A DNA stretch of 53,359 nt from Octopus sinensis (lineage: Eukaryota), in NCBI RefSeq assembly GCF_006345805.1, contig NW_021833897.1, positions 1 to 53,359 on the forward strand. Direction: 5' to 3'. The notes below the pieces were generated by a model. It worked only from the letters and a program-made list of their open reading frames with translations, made no database searches and was not told the origin of the DNA. Position 1 is the first letter of the stretch, and each line of letters starts with the position of its first letter. A program made the translations under genes and the position numbers. Shown piece by piece: positions 11,274 to 22,514 of this stretch.

Positions 11274-11668
11274 TCCTTCAGTTAGTGATAGTGAGCGACT
11301 TTCTTCAGATGTTGGAATTGGTATATTTCGTCAATGCCACTACAGCACAGCTGTTAGTGTACCACTAGTGTAGCGCTCAAGTTATTTCTGAACGGTCATA
11401 TATACAGTTAAATACGTTCCAACAGTGGCTATCGCACATTTTCCTTTATCAAGATCTGCATTGTCTAAAGTATATTTTCTGCTTTGAGACATTATATTGT
11501 TTTTCTTTAATCATTAGTTTTGTTCGACGGAAGGACTTGTGTCCATGGCATTCAAAAGACCAGTACATACATACATACATACATACATACATACATACAT
11601 ACATACATACATACATACATACATACATACGTATGTATGTATGTGTATATGCCGCCATGATAGATCAT

Positions 11669-11861
11669 TAGCTCCTACACGCATTTTTTTCTCTCCTTGT
11701 TTCTCTCCTTGTTTTTTTCTGTGTATCTTTCTGTCGAAGAGCGTATGCTCGAAACGTAAAAGACTTTTTCTATTTCTATTCCTGAGCGCTATACTAATAC
11801 ATTTGTTTGTTTGTACTCCACCTGCCTTCGTCTTTTGTTTATTTTCGTAAACCTTCCCGTT

Positions 11862-11862
<1 letters not shown>
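11669..11862 (+). mobile_element. PLE/retrozyme-like repeat, family D2, with minimal HHR motif at 11726-11763
   Basis: UCUUU-CUGUCGA-A-GAGC(guau)GCUC-GAAA-CGUA-AAAGA; ends in (TA)n; near-identical to 12732-12942 and 27495-28118. Confidence 0.7.
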
Positions 11863-11913
<51 letters not shown>

Positions 11914-11954
11914 TATATATATATATATATATAATATATATATATATATATGCA

Positions 11955-12732
11955 TATGTGGGTACATGACGTCACCAACTGTGTAAACAATATGAAATAC
12001 GAAAACAAACGAGTTAAATACGCAAACAACGAGAGAGAAAAATGGAAAACAGGACAAGTAAACAGAGAACGACCCTTCATCAGTTGTCGTCTGTCTATCG
12101 ACTCCTCGAACGCCACGCATCCATTTCCTAGTAACTTTATCTCAACCTTATTGATGCGACTCTACTCTATACTGTTTACTTCCCCTATCGCTCTCTAATT
12201 CTCTTTTTCTTTCCTTCACCGTTTTCTATCTGTCTGTCTGTCTCTCTCTCTATCCCCCTCTTTCTCTTTTTCTCTCTCTTGCTCACATGTGGCCATCGTC
12301 CATCTTTCTTTTCCTCACGTGACCATCTTTCTTTCCTGCACGACGTTCTAAGGACTGGAGGTTTTCTTTCTCTCTCTTCTATCTTTTCTCTTTTTAAAGA
12401 AAATATTTCTCCCAGCATTCACTATTTTCGTCTCGTTCTGGTCTAACGACCCTCCATGCTTGTTTTCATTCGGTTTCCTTGTATTTCTCCACTGTCCTGT
12501 TTTTGTTCCCAACACTGACCCTCCATAAATCCAAAATTTGTTTTTGGAATTTATGGGAGGAACTGTTTTTGAAGACTCATATTGTCGATGAATGCTCGAA
12601 ATGAGGAGTAGATAGACAGCCGACAACTGATGAAGGGTCGTTCCCCGTTTACGTGTCCTGTTTTCTATTTTCGTTTGCGTATTTAACTTGTTTGTTTTCG
12701 TACTTCAGTTTGTTTACACAGCCGGTGACGTC
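11955..12732 (+). mobile_element. PLE-like remnant, family G, with inverted terminal duplication
   Basis: 11968-12107 is the reverse complement of 12603-12732; the inverted arm ends in (TA)n. Confidence 0.65.
12563..12643 (+). ncRNA. Candidate non-circularly permuted hammerhead ribozyme (family G)
   Basis: CUCAU-A-UUGUCG (12576-12587), GAAUGCUC-GAAA-UGAG (12590-12605), CGACAA-CUGAUGA-A-GGGUcGUUC (12621-12643): stem III 5 bp, stem I 6 bp, stem II 8 bp with one bulge. Confidence 0.65.
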
Positions 12733-12942
12733 TAGCTCCTACACTCATTTTTTTCTCTCCTTTTTTTCCTTTCTTTTTTTTCTCTCCTTGTTTTTTTCTG
12801 TGTATCTTTCTGTCGAAGAGAGTAGGCTCGAAACGTAAAAGACTTTTTCTATTTCTATTCCTGAGTGCTATACTAATACATTTGTTTGTTTGTACTCCAC
12901 CTGCCTTCGTCTTTTGTTTATTTTCGTAAACTTTCCCGTTGT
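12732..12942 (+). mobile_element. Family D2 repeat with minimal HHR motif at 12805-12842
   Basis: Homology to 11669-11862; ends in (TA)n. Confidence 0.7.
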
Positions 12943-12951
12943 ATATATATA

Positions 12952-13364
12952 GGCGCAGGAGTGGCTGTGTGGTAAGTAGCTTGCTAACCGACCACATGGT
13001 TCCGGATTCAGTCCCACTGCGTGGCATCTTGGGCAAGTGTCTTCTACTATAGCCCCGGGCCGACCAAAGCCTTGTGAGTGAATTTGGTTGACGGAAACTG
13101 AAAGAAGCCCGTCGTATATATGTATATATATATATATATGCGTGTGTGTGTGTGTTTGTGTGTCTGTGTTTGTCCCCCTAGCATTGCTTGACAACCGATG
13201 CTGGTGTGTTTACGTCCCCGTCACTTAGCGGTTTGGCAAAAGAGACCGATAGAATAAGTACTGGGCTTACAAAGAATAAGTCCCGGGGTCGATTTGCTCG
13301 ACTAAAGGCGGTGCTCCAGCATGGCCGCAGTCAAATGACTGAAACAAGTAAAAGAGAGTAAAGA

Positions 13365-13365
<1 letters not shown>
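12952..13365 (+). mobile_element. SINE family A
   Basis: Full-length homology. Confidence 0.9.
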
Positions 13366-13379
<14 letters not shown>

Positions 13380-13400
<21 letters not shown>

Positions 13401-13560
13401 GACGGACTTCTTTCAGTTTCCGTCTACCAAGTCCACTCACAAGGCTTTGGTCGGTCCGAGGCTATAGAAGCAGACACTTGCCCAAGGTGCAACGCGGTTG
13501 GACTGAATCTGGAACCATGTGGTTGGTAAGCAAGCTACTTACCACACAGCCACTCCTGCG
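13380..13560 (-). mobile_element. SINE family A, 5' half
   Basis: Head and CORE-like part up to the central (TA)n. Confidence 0.85.
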
Positions 13561-14003
13561 GAGATAAATTTTAACAACAGAATCTTATATGCCTCCCCAC
13601 TACCACCACAAAGGGCCATATGGATCCCTGTTGAGAACCATTGAAGTAGAGCAATGTTTCTCCTGAAGCGGGGTGGAGGAGCGGGAAAGGAAGGCTCGTG
13701 ATGAGTGAAAAGGGAGCGGATAAACTGCCACCATTAAGATAGTGTTAATCTTTTACATTTGTCGAAAGAAAAATGATATGGATACAAACTGTGTTGTCTT
13801 ATCAATTTATGAAGAGGAAGATGGGCAAAAATCTAATATTTGATATGTGGTTGGGTGGGTGGGGGTGGGGTCAGATAATTTTCACTAATTTATTGTTATT
13901 TTCATGAAGGGGTGGTTTGGGAACGGTCTTCAGCTCAGGGCGGGCGATCTCGAGTCCTTCCTTATTTTAGTCTCTCTGGTTTGTGTATTGTTAGAAAAGC
14001 GGT

Positions 14004-14398
14004 GGAGGCGCAATGGCCCAGTGGTTAGGGCAGCGGACTCGCGGTCGTAGGATCGCGGTTTCGATTCCCAGACCGGGCGTTGTGAGTGTTTATTGAGCGA
14101 AATCACCTAAAAGCTCCACGAGGCTCCGGCAGGGGATGGTGGTGATCTCTGCTGTACTCTTTCACCACAACTTTCTCACACTCTTACTTCCTGTTTCTGT
14201 TGTACCTGTATTTCAAAGGGCCAGCCTTGTCACTCTCTGTGTCACGCTGAATATCCCCGAGAACTATGTTAAGGGTACACGTGTCTGTGGAGTGCTCAGC
14301 CACTTACACGTTAATTTCACGAGCAGGCTGTTCCGTTGATCGGATCAACCGGAACCCTCGTCGTCGTAACCGACGGAGTGCTTAAAAGAAAAAAAAAA
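14004..14398 (+). mobile_element. SINE family C (tRNA-derived head)
   Basis: A box TGGCCCAGTGG, B box GGTTTCGATTCC; TSD AGAAAAG(C/T)GGT; four near-identical copies in the window. Confidence 0.9.
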
Positions 14399-14595
14399 AG
14401 AAAAGTGGTAAGTTGTTGTCAAGGTCGGATGTCTAAGTAAAGGAAGAGCAATTGTTCAGCAATTGGCTCGTGATCGCTGTATTATTCTTCTACATTTGTC
14501 TTAATTTTAGAATAAGTATTTTGGAAAAACCAAAAGTTACAACTTTGGTTATTCATCATTACGTCCCAGAACTTTATTTCATATCGACTGGGAAA

Positions 14596-15001
14596 TCTAT
14601 ATCTTTATATATAAAAGTGAGGTTGTGTGTCTGTCTCCTACGATTTAGATTCCTAACTACTCCCACATTTTGCGGTGCAGTTTAACCAAAACCGGGTATC
14701 TTATAGTCATGATTCATATCGAGCCCTTCTGGGTATTAGCGCGCGTCTACGATGAGTCTACGATTTAAAAAAAAAATTACCATCATTTCTTCCCATTTTA
14801 ATGCATTTTTTCGCTATTATATAAGGGAAGTAACTCTCTAAAAATGTCTACGATGAGTTAACGATTTAAAAAAAAAAATTTACCATAATTTTTTTTCCAT
14901 TTTTAATGCATTTTTTTGCTATATTTTGGCTATAACTCTCTAAAAATGCTTATATAGTTATTTCCCTTACAAACCCGAGCAACGCCGGGCGATACTGCTA
15001 G
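14596..15001 (+). mobile_element. Non-autonomous Helitron
   Basis: A|TC start, CTAG|T end, subterminal hairpin CCCGAGCAACGCCGGG; second copy at 36805-37198. Confidence 0.85.
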
Positions 15002-15095
15002 TACTATCATGAAATATTAATCATTACACAACTATCAGCTGCTTTCTGTCTCGAGGAAATATGAGAAATTTTTTTGTCTTTGTCTCTTTATTTTA

Positions 15096-15178
15096 TACAC
15101 ACGCATACACACACACACACATATGCACAAATACACTATACAGAAAAACATACATACACACATACCTATCATTTATGC

Positions 15179-15254
<76 letters not shown>

Positions 15255-15489
15255 TGTGTGTGTGTGTATACGTGCGAAATAAGGGCATTCACTGATTTAA
15301 AAGTGATTTTTAATTCTACAGAAAAACCTCAATAGATTATCTTAAGATCTTCCTCTCTTGTCGGATAAATAATGCGGGAAGGGGAGTAACGAGTGTATAG
15401 TAAGGGAAGCATTGCAATGAAAGGGGTGTATATATATTATATATATATATATTATATATATATATATATATTAATATATATATATATTA

Positions 15490-15520
<31 letters not shown>

Positions 15521-15810
15521 ATATATATATATGCATACATACATATATATATACATATATATATATGTATATGTATTTATATATGTATATATTATACACA
15601 CACACACATACACACACACACAAACACACACATATATATATATATATACATACATACGTATATATATATGCATGTGTATATGTAATTATGCATGCATGTG
15701 TGTGTGCGTGCGCGTGTATTTATGTGTGTGTTTGTGTGTTTGTGTGTTCGTGTGTTTTGTGTGTGTGTGCGTGTGTTGTGTGTGCTGTGTGTGTGTGTGT
15801 GTGTGTGTAT
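15096..15810. repeat. (TG)n/(TA)n/(CA)n microsatellite cluster
   Basis: Direct reading. Confidence 0.9.
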
Positions 15811-16095
15811 CATATCTTTTTGATCTTCCCCAATACATAAACAAGGAAGCAGACTATCTGATCTGTCCAAAATACCTTAAAAACCTTAGTCTCTACTCAC
15901 GTGGTAACGATAACAACCAAATCCTCGCCTGAGCCAAATAATCTGTAATGTGAGTCGTTTAAAACGCACGTGGTGCATTTAGTCATGGCGTGGGATGACA
16001 AATAAATCTAATGTGAATGGCTGTATATTTTTAATTGAAAGAGAAAATGTATATGTCTAAATACTGTCAATCATTAATTAACACAAATGATTAGT

Positions 16096-16472
16096 TATTT
16101 CTTTACTGCCCAAAAGGGGCCAAACATACATAGAGGGGACAGACAAGAACAGACAAAGGGATTAAGTTGATTACATCGACCCCAGTGCGTAGCTGGTACT
16201 TAAGTTATCGACCCCGAAAGGATGAAATGCAAAGTCAACCTCGGTGGAATTTGAAATCAGAACGTAACGGCAGACGAAATACCTATTTCTTTATTACCCA
16301 CAAGGGGCTAAACACAGAGGGGACAAACAAGGACAGACATAGGTATTAAGTCGATTACATCGACCCCAGTGCGTAACTGGTACTTAATTTATCGACCCCG
16401 AAAGGATGAAAGGCAAAGTCGACCTCGGCGGAATTTGAACTCACAACGTAACGCAGACGAAATACCGCTAAG
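16096..16472 (-). mobile_element. SINE B head-to-tail dimer, 5'-truncated
   Basis: Two ~185-bp units inside a single 12-bp TSD CAAATGATTAGT (16084-16095 and 16473-16484). Confidence 0.85.
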
Positions 16473-17449
16473 CAAATGATTAGTAGCAATCAAATTGCAA
16501 TTTCTTAGATATGTACTGCCATGTCAGTACTCGGTGATGGCGGAGTAGTTCGGATGTTCGCTTTGCGATGAGATTCTGCGTTCGATCCCTCTGCAAGAGC
16601 ATCTTGGGGAAAATATCTTTACAAGAGCCGCAGGTCGACATAAGCTTTGTGAGTGAAACAATTGGATGAAAGCTGTAGGAAACTCTGTCTCGGACAGACT
16701 GTGTATGTAACTGAAAGGACTTGTTTGGTCATATATTTATATCATACTGATATCGGTTTGGGAATTGCGTTTAGGATACACATGAGCGCGGAATACTCAA
16801 CCATTTAAACGTTATTTTAATGAGTCCGACATTCAGCTGATCGAACGATTCAGCGTACTTGGTCGAAATCGAATGAGAATTCATCATAACACAACGTATT
16901 TAGTGAGCGGATTAAGTTAATTATAATAAACTCCAGTATTTGATCGACACTTTCTTTATGAATTCGAAACTATGAAACTTTAATCACCCTCGGTGTAATT
17001 CGAACTCAGACAACATTAAGAATTATGAATACAGTTTTTCCTTTTATTTACCTTTTTACTTCTATATTTCCTCTATTATTATACTATTTAACACGAGATG
17101 CATGTACAACTCAGTCAGCTTTGGTGCAACCCTCTGGCAAGTATGCTCATATGTAACAATTCATGTATTTACGTTAGTCCTTCTCGCCCCTCTGGTGGCG
17201 GTGAAAAGATCCAGTGGGTGCTGAAGAACAGTGGGGGCGGTAACAGGGTGGCCAAAGAGGGCAGGTGATGGATGTAAAAGCAACAAAATAATGAGGTTTT
17301 TAGGTTAAGTTTTATTTGTGAAAAAACAATTGTTTTGAATTTGATGCTGAAAGTGGTCTATGTTTGTGGTGGTGAATGAGGAGGGTGACGCTAGGAATGT
17401 GGTTTGGGTACCAAGTGGGTGGCCGCCCGAAAAGGTTTGGGAACCATTA

Positions 17450-17800
17450 CTATAGAACACAGATCACCCACGACTTTTCTCCAATGCTCTCTACTCAGGG
17501 CTGCCCTTCCAGCTTCTCTCCGGTTGGACCCGTGCTCTTTCAGTTCTGCTCCAGCATTCCGTCTCCACCTATTTTTATGCACCTCCTCTTCTGCCTCCCT
17601 TGACGGTTTATTTGTCTTCCTGAGGGCAAGGCTTTCTTCTCCCAGGTCTTGTTGGTTTTTGAATTGTCATCGAGCCTTCTGTAACTTTGCTTTTTACTAG
17701 GTAGATGACCCTACGCAAAACCATTTTTACCTGTAGACTTCACTGGCCTAGTTCTCGGGGTCTTTGAAGCACATGAGCCCCCCCCCATACCGCAGCAAGA
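17450..17800 (-). mobile_element. RTE-clade LINE remnant
   Basis: ORF 17391-17582 NRWRRNAGAELKEHG...AALSREHWRKVVGDLCS resembles the RTE ORF C-terminus. Confidence 0.6.
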
Positions 17801-17867
17801 ATTAGACTTTTGCTGGCTACAACAGCTACACAGGAATAATTAAATTAGTATTTTAAAATTTCATAAA

Positions 17868-18175
17868 AGCGTGTGGCTTGGTGGTTAGGGTAATCATCTC
17901 ATGAGCGCAAGAACGTGAGTTCAATTCCTGGTGATGCGTTGTGTCCTTGAGCAAGACACTTTATTTCACGTTGCTCCCGTCCACTCAGCTGAAAAATGAG
18001 TTGTACCCGTATTTCAAAAGGGCCAACCTTTCTGTATCATGCTGAATCCCCCTGAGAACTACGTTAAGGGTAAGCGTGTCTGTGGTGTGTTCAGCTATTT
18101 GCACGTTAATTTCACGAGCAGGCTGTTCTGTTGGTCGGATCAACTGAAACTCTCATCGTCGTAGCTGACGGAGAA
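17868..18175 (+). mobile_element. Older SINE with Deu/Nin-like body and family C 3' tail
   Basis: tRNA-like head; GTCCACTCAGCTGAAAAATGAGT core; 3' ~170 bp matches family C tail. Confidence 0.65.
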
Positions 18176-18366
18176 TCATTTTTAAAATTTCATTTTTGTT
18201 TACATCCTGATGTTTTTGGTTTTCTATATGTACAGACATACTGCATGGGTACAATGCATATTTTGTTGGCACACCTGTCGCATTGTGTACGTTTCTGTTA
18301 TCTAATCCCATGTTACCCTGATCAGTCAGATCTATGATAAAAGGGGTCTTAGCGATTGTCATCTGT

Positions 18367-18424
<58 letters not shown>

Positions 18425-18689
18425 ACCTCTGCTTAATGTGCGTGAGTAATGATTTGAGGAAGATTAACTGTTATCTTTCACAGACCGAGCGACTACGTAG
18501 AGGTTCCCTCGTTGACTTAGCATTATTTATATAAAAACAAACACGTCAAGAGAGCACTCTATCATACATTTATGTGTTTTAAATGGCATATACCAACTGT
18601 ATATTTCGACTGTGGAGCATAATAATTGAGGAGGTCTAAGCAGTGTACTAATCTGATGATACATACAGTAGAACGCAGTACCTAATATA

Positions 18690-19360
18690 TACTTTTCTAC
18701 TCTAGAGCACAAGGCCCGACATTTTGGGCGAGAGGGACTGTCGACTTGAACGACTCCAGTACGCAACTTGTACTTAATTTATCGACTCCGAAAAGATGAA
18801 AGACAAACTCGACCTCGGCGGAATTTGAACTCAGAACGTAAAGGGAGACGAAATAACACTAAGCATTTCGCCCGGCGTGCTAACGTTTCTGCCAGCTCGT
18901 CGCCTTACAGTACTTAATATATTGCAATATTTAACAAGGCGGCGAGCTGGCAAAAACGTTAGCACGCCGGGCGAAATGCTTAGCAGTATTTCGTCTGTCG
19001 CTACGTTCTGAGTTCAAATTCCGTCGAGGTTGACTTTGTCTTTCATCCTTTCGGGGTCGATAAATAAATTACCAGTTATGCACTGGGGTCGATCTAATTA
19101 ACTTTATCCCTTTGTCTGTCCTTGTTTGTCCCCTCTATGCTTAGCCCCTTGTGGGCAGTAAAGAAATAAGAATCGATAAGTACGTCGTGCAAAATGCTTA
19201 GCGGCGTTTAGTCCGTCTTTATGTTCTGAGCTCAGATTCGACTTTGCCTTGCGTCCTTTCGAGGTAGATAAAATATATACCAATTGATCCCTGGGGTCGA
19301 TGTAATCGACTTACCCCCCAACCGAAATTGAAGGCCTTGGACCAAAATTTGAAACCAATA
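18690..19360. mobile_element. SINE B cluster: 18690-18907 (-), 18936-19170 (+), 19170-19360 (+, B2)
   Basis: Homology to family B; first two are head to head. Confidence 0.85.
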
Positions 19361-19837
19361 TTTCAATGTGAGAGTAACTTTACATGACACGATCTCTCTT
19401 CTCGGAAGTCTGTAAATGAAGTACCAGCAAAATAAGTTTCCGAAACAGGTTACCGTATTCCATTGTCAAAATTATTCTAGTACCTAGTTCCAAGAAGTAG
19501 ATTTTATTAGAGATTTATAGAACAAAGATAAGAGGCAAAAAGCGGGCGAGTAGTATTTCATAAGGAGCCCAAACTACGGACCCGTTTTGATTCCCTGAAG
19601 GAGTCATTAAATAATTTATCTACATCACTTATGCAGTCAAGAAATTTATGATTCTGTGGTAAATTATTATTATTTTTTTGAATTTCTGTTTCTATTTCGT
19701 TTGTGTTTCTTCTTCCTCTTATCTCCTAAATTCAAAATGAAATTATTTCCCTGAATAACATGATTATTTAGCTTACTATCAACTGCTCTATTATTCCATG
19801 TTGGAGACATGCGACGTACAGAAATGGATGGCTCATG

Positions 19838-19932
19838 GAAATATTAAATATTTTAAGTATATTTTAAGCAGAAAATATTAAATATTTTAGATATATTTTA
19901 AGTAGGAAATGCTAAATATTTTAAATATTAAA
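19838..19932. repeat. AT-rich ~34-bp minisatellite, ~2.7 units
   Basis: AAATATTAAATATTTTA..TATATTTTAAG repeated. Confidence 0.7.
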
Positions 19933-20619
19933 TGAATGAAAACATGACATCTTCAGTCACCCTATGATAATACTTTTGAGATAAGGAAGAAAACAAATAA
20001 ACTATTATAAATAATTATAACATGCTTTCCTCCCTTATACGGGAAGTTTATGAAAATGGAGAGTAAAACAACGGATTGTAGTGTTTAGGCTTCTCTCGCT
20101 GCTCGGACGGCTTTATCAATAATTAAACTGCCCAAATAGGGAAATACAAATATGTCAATCACCACAGAGAGAAATTTTTATATGCACGACTTTGGTTATG
20201 GTGTAATGCTGTGAATTCACAGACACTGGTCTAGAAACTTCGCGAGAAGGTCACGTGCACGTAACTTGTGCGCCATTGTGGAACGTAGTACTCTGACACA
20301 CGCACAAGGTATAACAGTCACGAAAAAGACTGGACTAATCTTAGGAAATTTTTCCATAACACACTTTAATATTTACATAGCTGCATAGCTTTGTAATAAG
20401 ACACGCGCGGAGCGTCTTCTATCTACGACTAAATATATTTCCTAGTAGCAACACAGTTTTAATATTTTAAAACATCCATCAAGTATTCTACTTCGTTCAG
20501 CATACCTTCTTTTCTTTCTTCAAAGATCATTCTGGAAAGCAGCTGTGGGCGACGTTACAAATGCATATGCATTTTTGTCAGTTTCTATCATCCCGCAAGT
20601 ACTGCTTTTGCACCAAAGC

Positions 20620-20657
<38 letters not shown>

Positions 20658-20779
20658 AAATATAAATTTAATGCACTATATATGGATTTATTTAATCCGG
20701 TTGTGTGTGTATATATTTATATTATATTAACAATGAACTTCAATCTTGCTTGCTTGCAATGTTACACAACCAAACTGGC

Positions 20780-21223
20780 GCATAATGGGAAAATACTATG
20801 AATTAAGGTTCCCCTGAAATGTGAATACAAACGGAATAAAACAAGTTTCGTGTAAATCGGACTACTCGTTGTTGGGATATCGGAGGTTGGGGGTGGGGTA
20901 TAAATACCCCAAAATATTGAAAAAGTACTCCGAAAATAACTTAACCCTGAAAGACACATTATGATATTAAACACAATACTTTAATCATTTAGGAATATTT
21001 TTAAGTGAATGTGATTTCAAAAATGTAAGTTGTTGATACAGTATTTATATTTTAGCTTTCTTTAAACAGACAATATATTTTTTTCAAGTGAATACCTTTA
21101 GAAAAAATTTTCTGGCATATTTAAAAATATTTTAAAGTGAAAATGACTTTAAAAATATGGTAAATATTTCGTAAAAGACCCGTTCGTGACCTCGGTGTGA
21201 AATGTTTTTTTTTTCTATAAGAT
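20780..21223 (+). mobile_element. Possible Helentron/HINE-like non-autonomous remnant
   Basis: AAGTTTCGTGTAAATCGG motif and CTATAAGAT|TT end; its subterminal 43 bp recur inverted at 21624-21666. Confidence 0.35.
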
Positions 21224-21256
21224 TTTTTTCAAGTACATTCAACGTATCTCACTTCC

Positions 21257-21375
21257 AAAGATTTGGCAGCTACTTCTAGTACACTCTGCTACTACGTAAC
21301 AACTATTTGCGATAAAGGACCCGAAATAGCTGTTACGTGGTAGCAGGGTGTGCAAGAAATAGCAGCTCAATCTTT
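21257..21375 (+). other. Long imperfect hairpin (pre-miRNA-like geometry)
   Basis: ~52-nt arms; 21279-21301 pairs with 21331-21353 over 23 contiguous pairs including three G.U. Confidence 0.6.
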
Positions 21376-21889
21376 CCTTTATGCGGGAAAATCACCCTTT
21401 TATACGTGATTTCGATGTCACACACGTTGAAAGCATGCGAAATAACCTGGAAAAGAAAAAAAAACCCACATAATAAAAAACTCCATTGATGAGAAACTCA
21501 GTTTCCCGGGAAACTCCAAGGTCCCCATCATCCCTCCCCTTTATTTTCCGGAAGAAAGTGGCTTGTGGTTGGTTTGGAGGTGAGATACGTTGAATGCACT
21601 CGTCAAAAACCCATGGAAAAAATTATTTCACACCGAACTACGAACGGGTCCTTTACGAAATATTTATCCAAGATCGGGACAGGCATGCGAATAGAAGGAT
21701 CGATGAGACTGGGAAAGCAAGGGCTGTGCGTCTGATGGAAGAGAGGGAAAGAGACAGGAGCAGGAGAGATCAGGAATCAGATGCTCTGAGAAGTGAGCGC
21801 CTCGGGAAACAGAAGGAAAGAGACAAAAACAGGAGACGTTAATGAAGATGCGGGAAAGAAACAAAGGGAATGAGGAGAATATATATATA

Positions 21890-21928
<39 letters not shown>

Positions 21929-22114
21929 GCGTGTGTGTGTGTGTGTGTGAAAAGTAAAATACCAAAATAGTGGAAACGGTGAGCTTCTTACAACGTTTAA
22001 TAGCCTTTATATATTTCAGGCACAAAGACCCATCATTAGAAGTAAACAGTCAAGAAACATTAGTTTATAAAATAGTGACCACGCACACGCACACACACGC
22101 ACACACACGCACAT

Positions 22115-22176
<62 letters not shown>

Positions 22177-22452
22177 GTTAACTAAGCTTGTAGTGTATAA
22201 AAAAAAGTACGCGTGCAGTTGAATATATTTTGAGTGGACATAAATTACACAGAACGACCGTAGAAAATTTCATTGGTGTGACATATAGAATGACTGGATC
22301 AAGAACTTCCAGGTGTTCAGTCTTAAATTGCAGAGTTTACCGTCCCCTAGACTAGTTGTCTTAACCGAACTATAGAGTCCGTGCTTTGGAAAAAAGATTC
22401 TTAGCAGTCAGGGTCCTGATATATCAGTGTTATTTTTTATATTCGCGCGCGC

Positions 22453-22511
<59 letters not shown>

Positions 22512-22514
22512 CAC

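Larger units (their letters stand above)
4930..11500 (-). mobile_element. Decayed LINE (Jockey/I-group-like ORF2) fragmented by at least 10 younger insertions
   Basis: Minus-strand motifs in correct order: SILSTSSKVLEK (~8870-8835), TAINISKLFYCIDR (~7518-7475, cf. DxSKAFD), GVPQGSSFSSTFYNLY (~7355-7305), SYGEDILLIS (~7035-7005, cf. YADD), TGC..TTP..NLY..RDHL (ORF 5936-6229). Outer limits are inferred. Confidence 0.7.

Noticed and set aside
14004-14080. tRNA gene
   Set aside because: tRNA-like head of multi-copy SINE C, continuous with the SINE body and flanked by TSDs; no proper acceptor stem or terminator.
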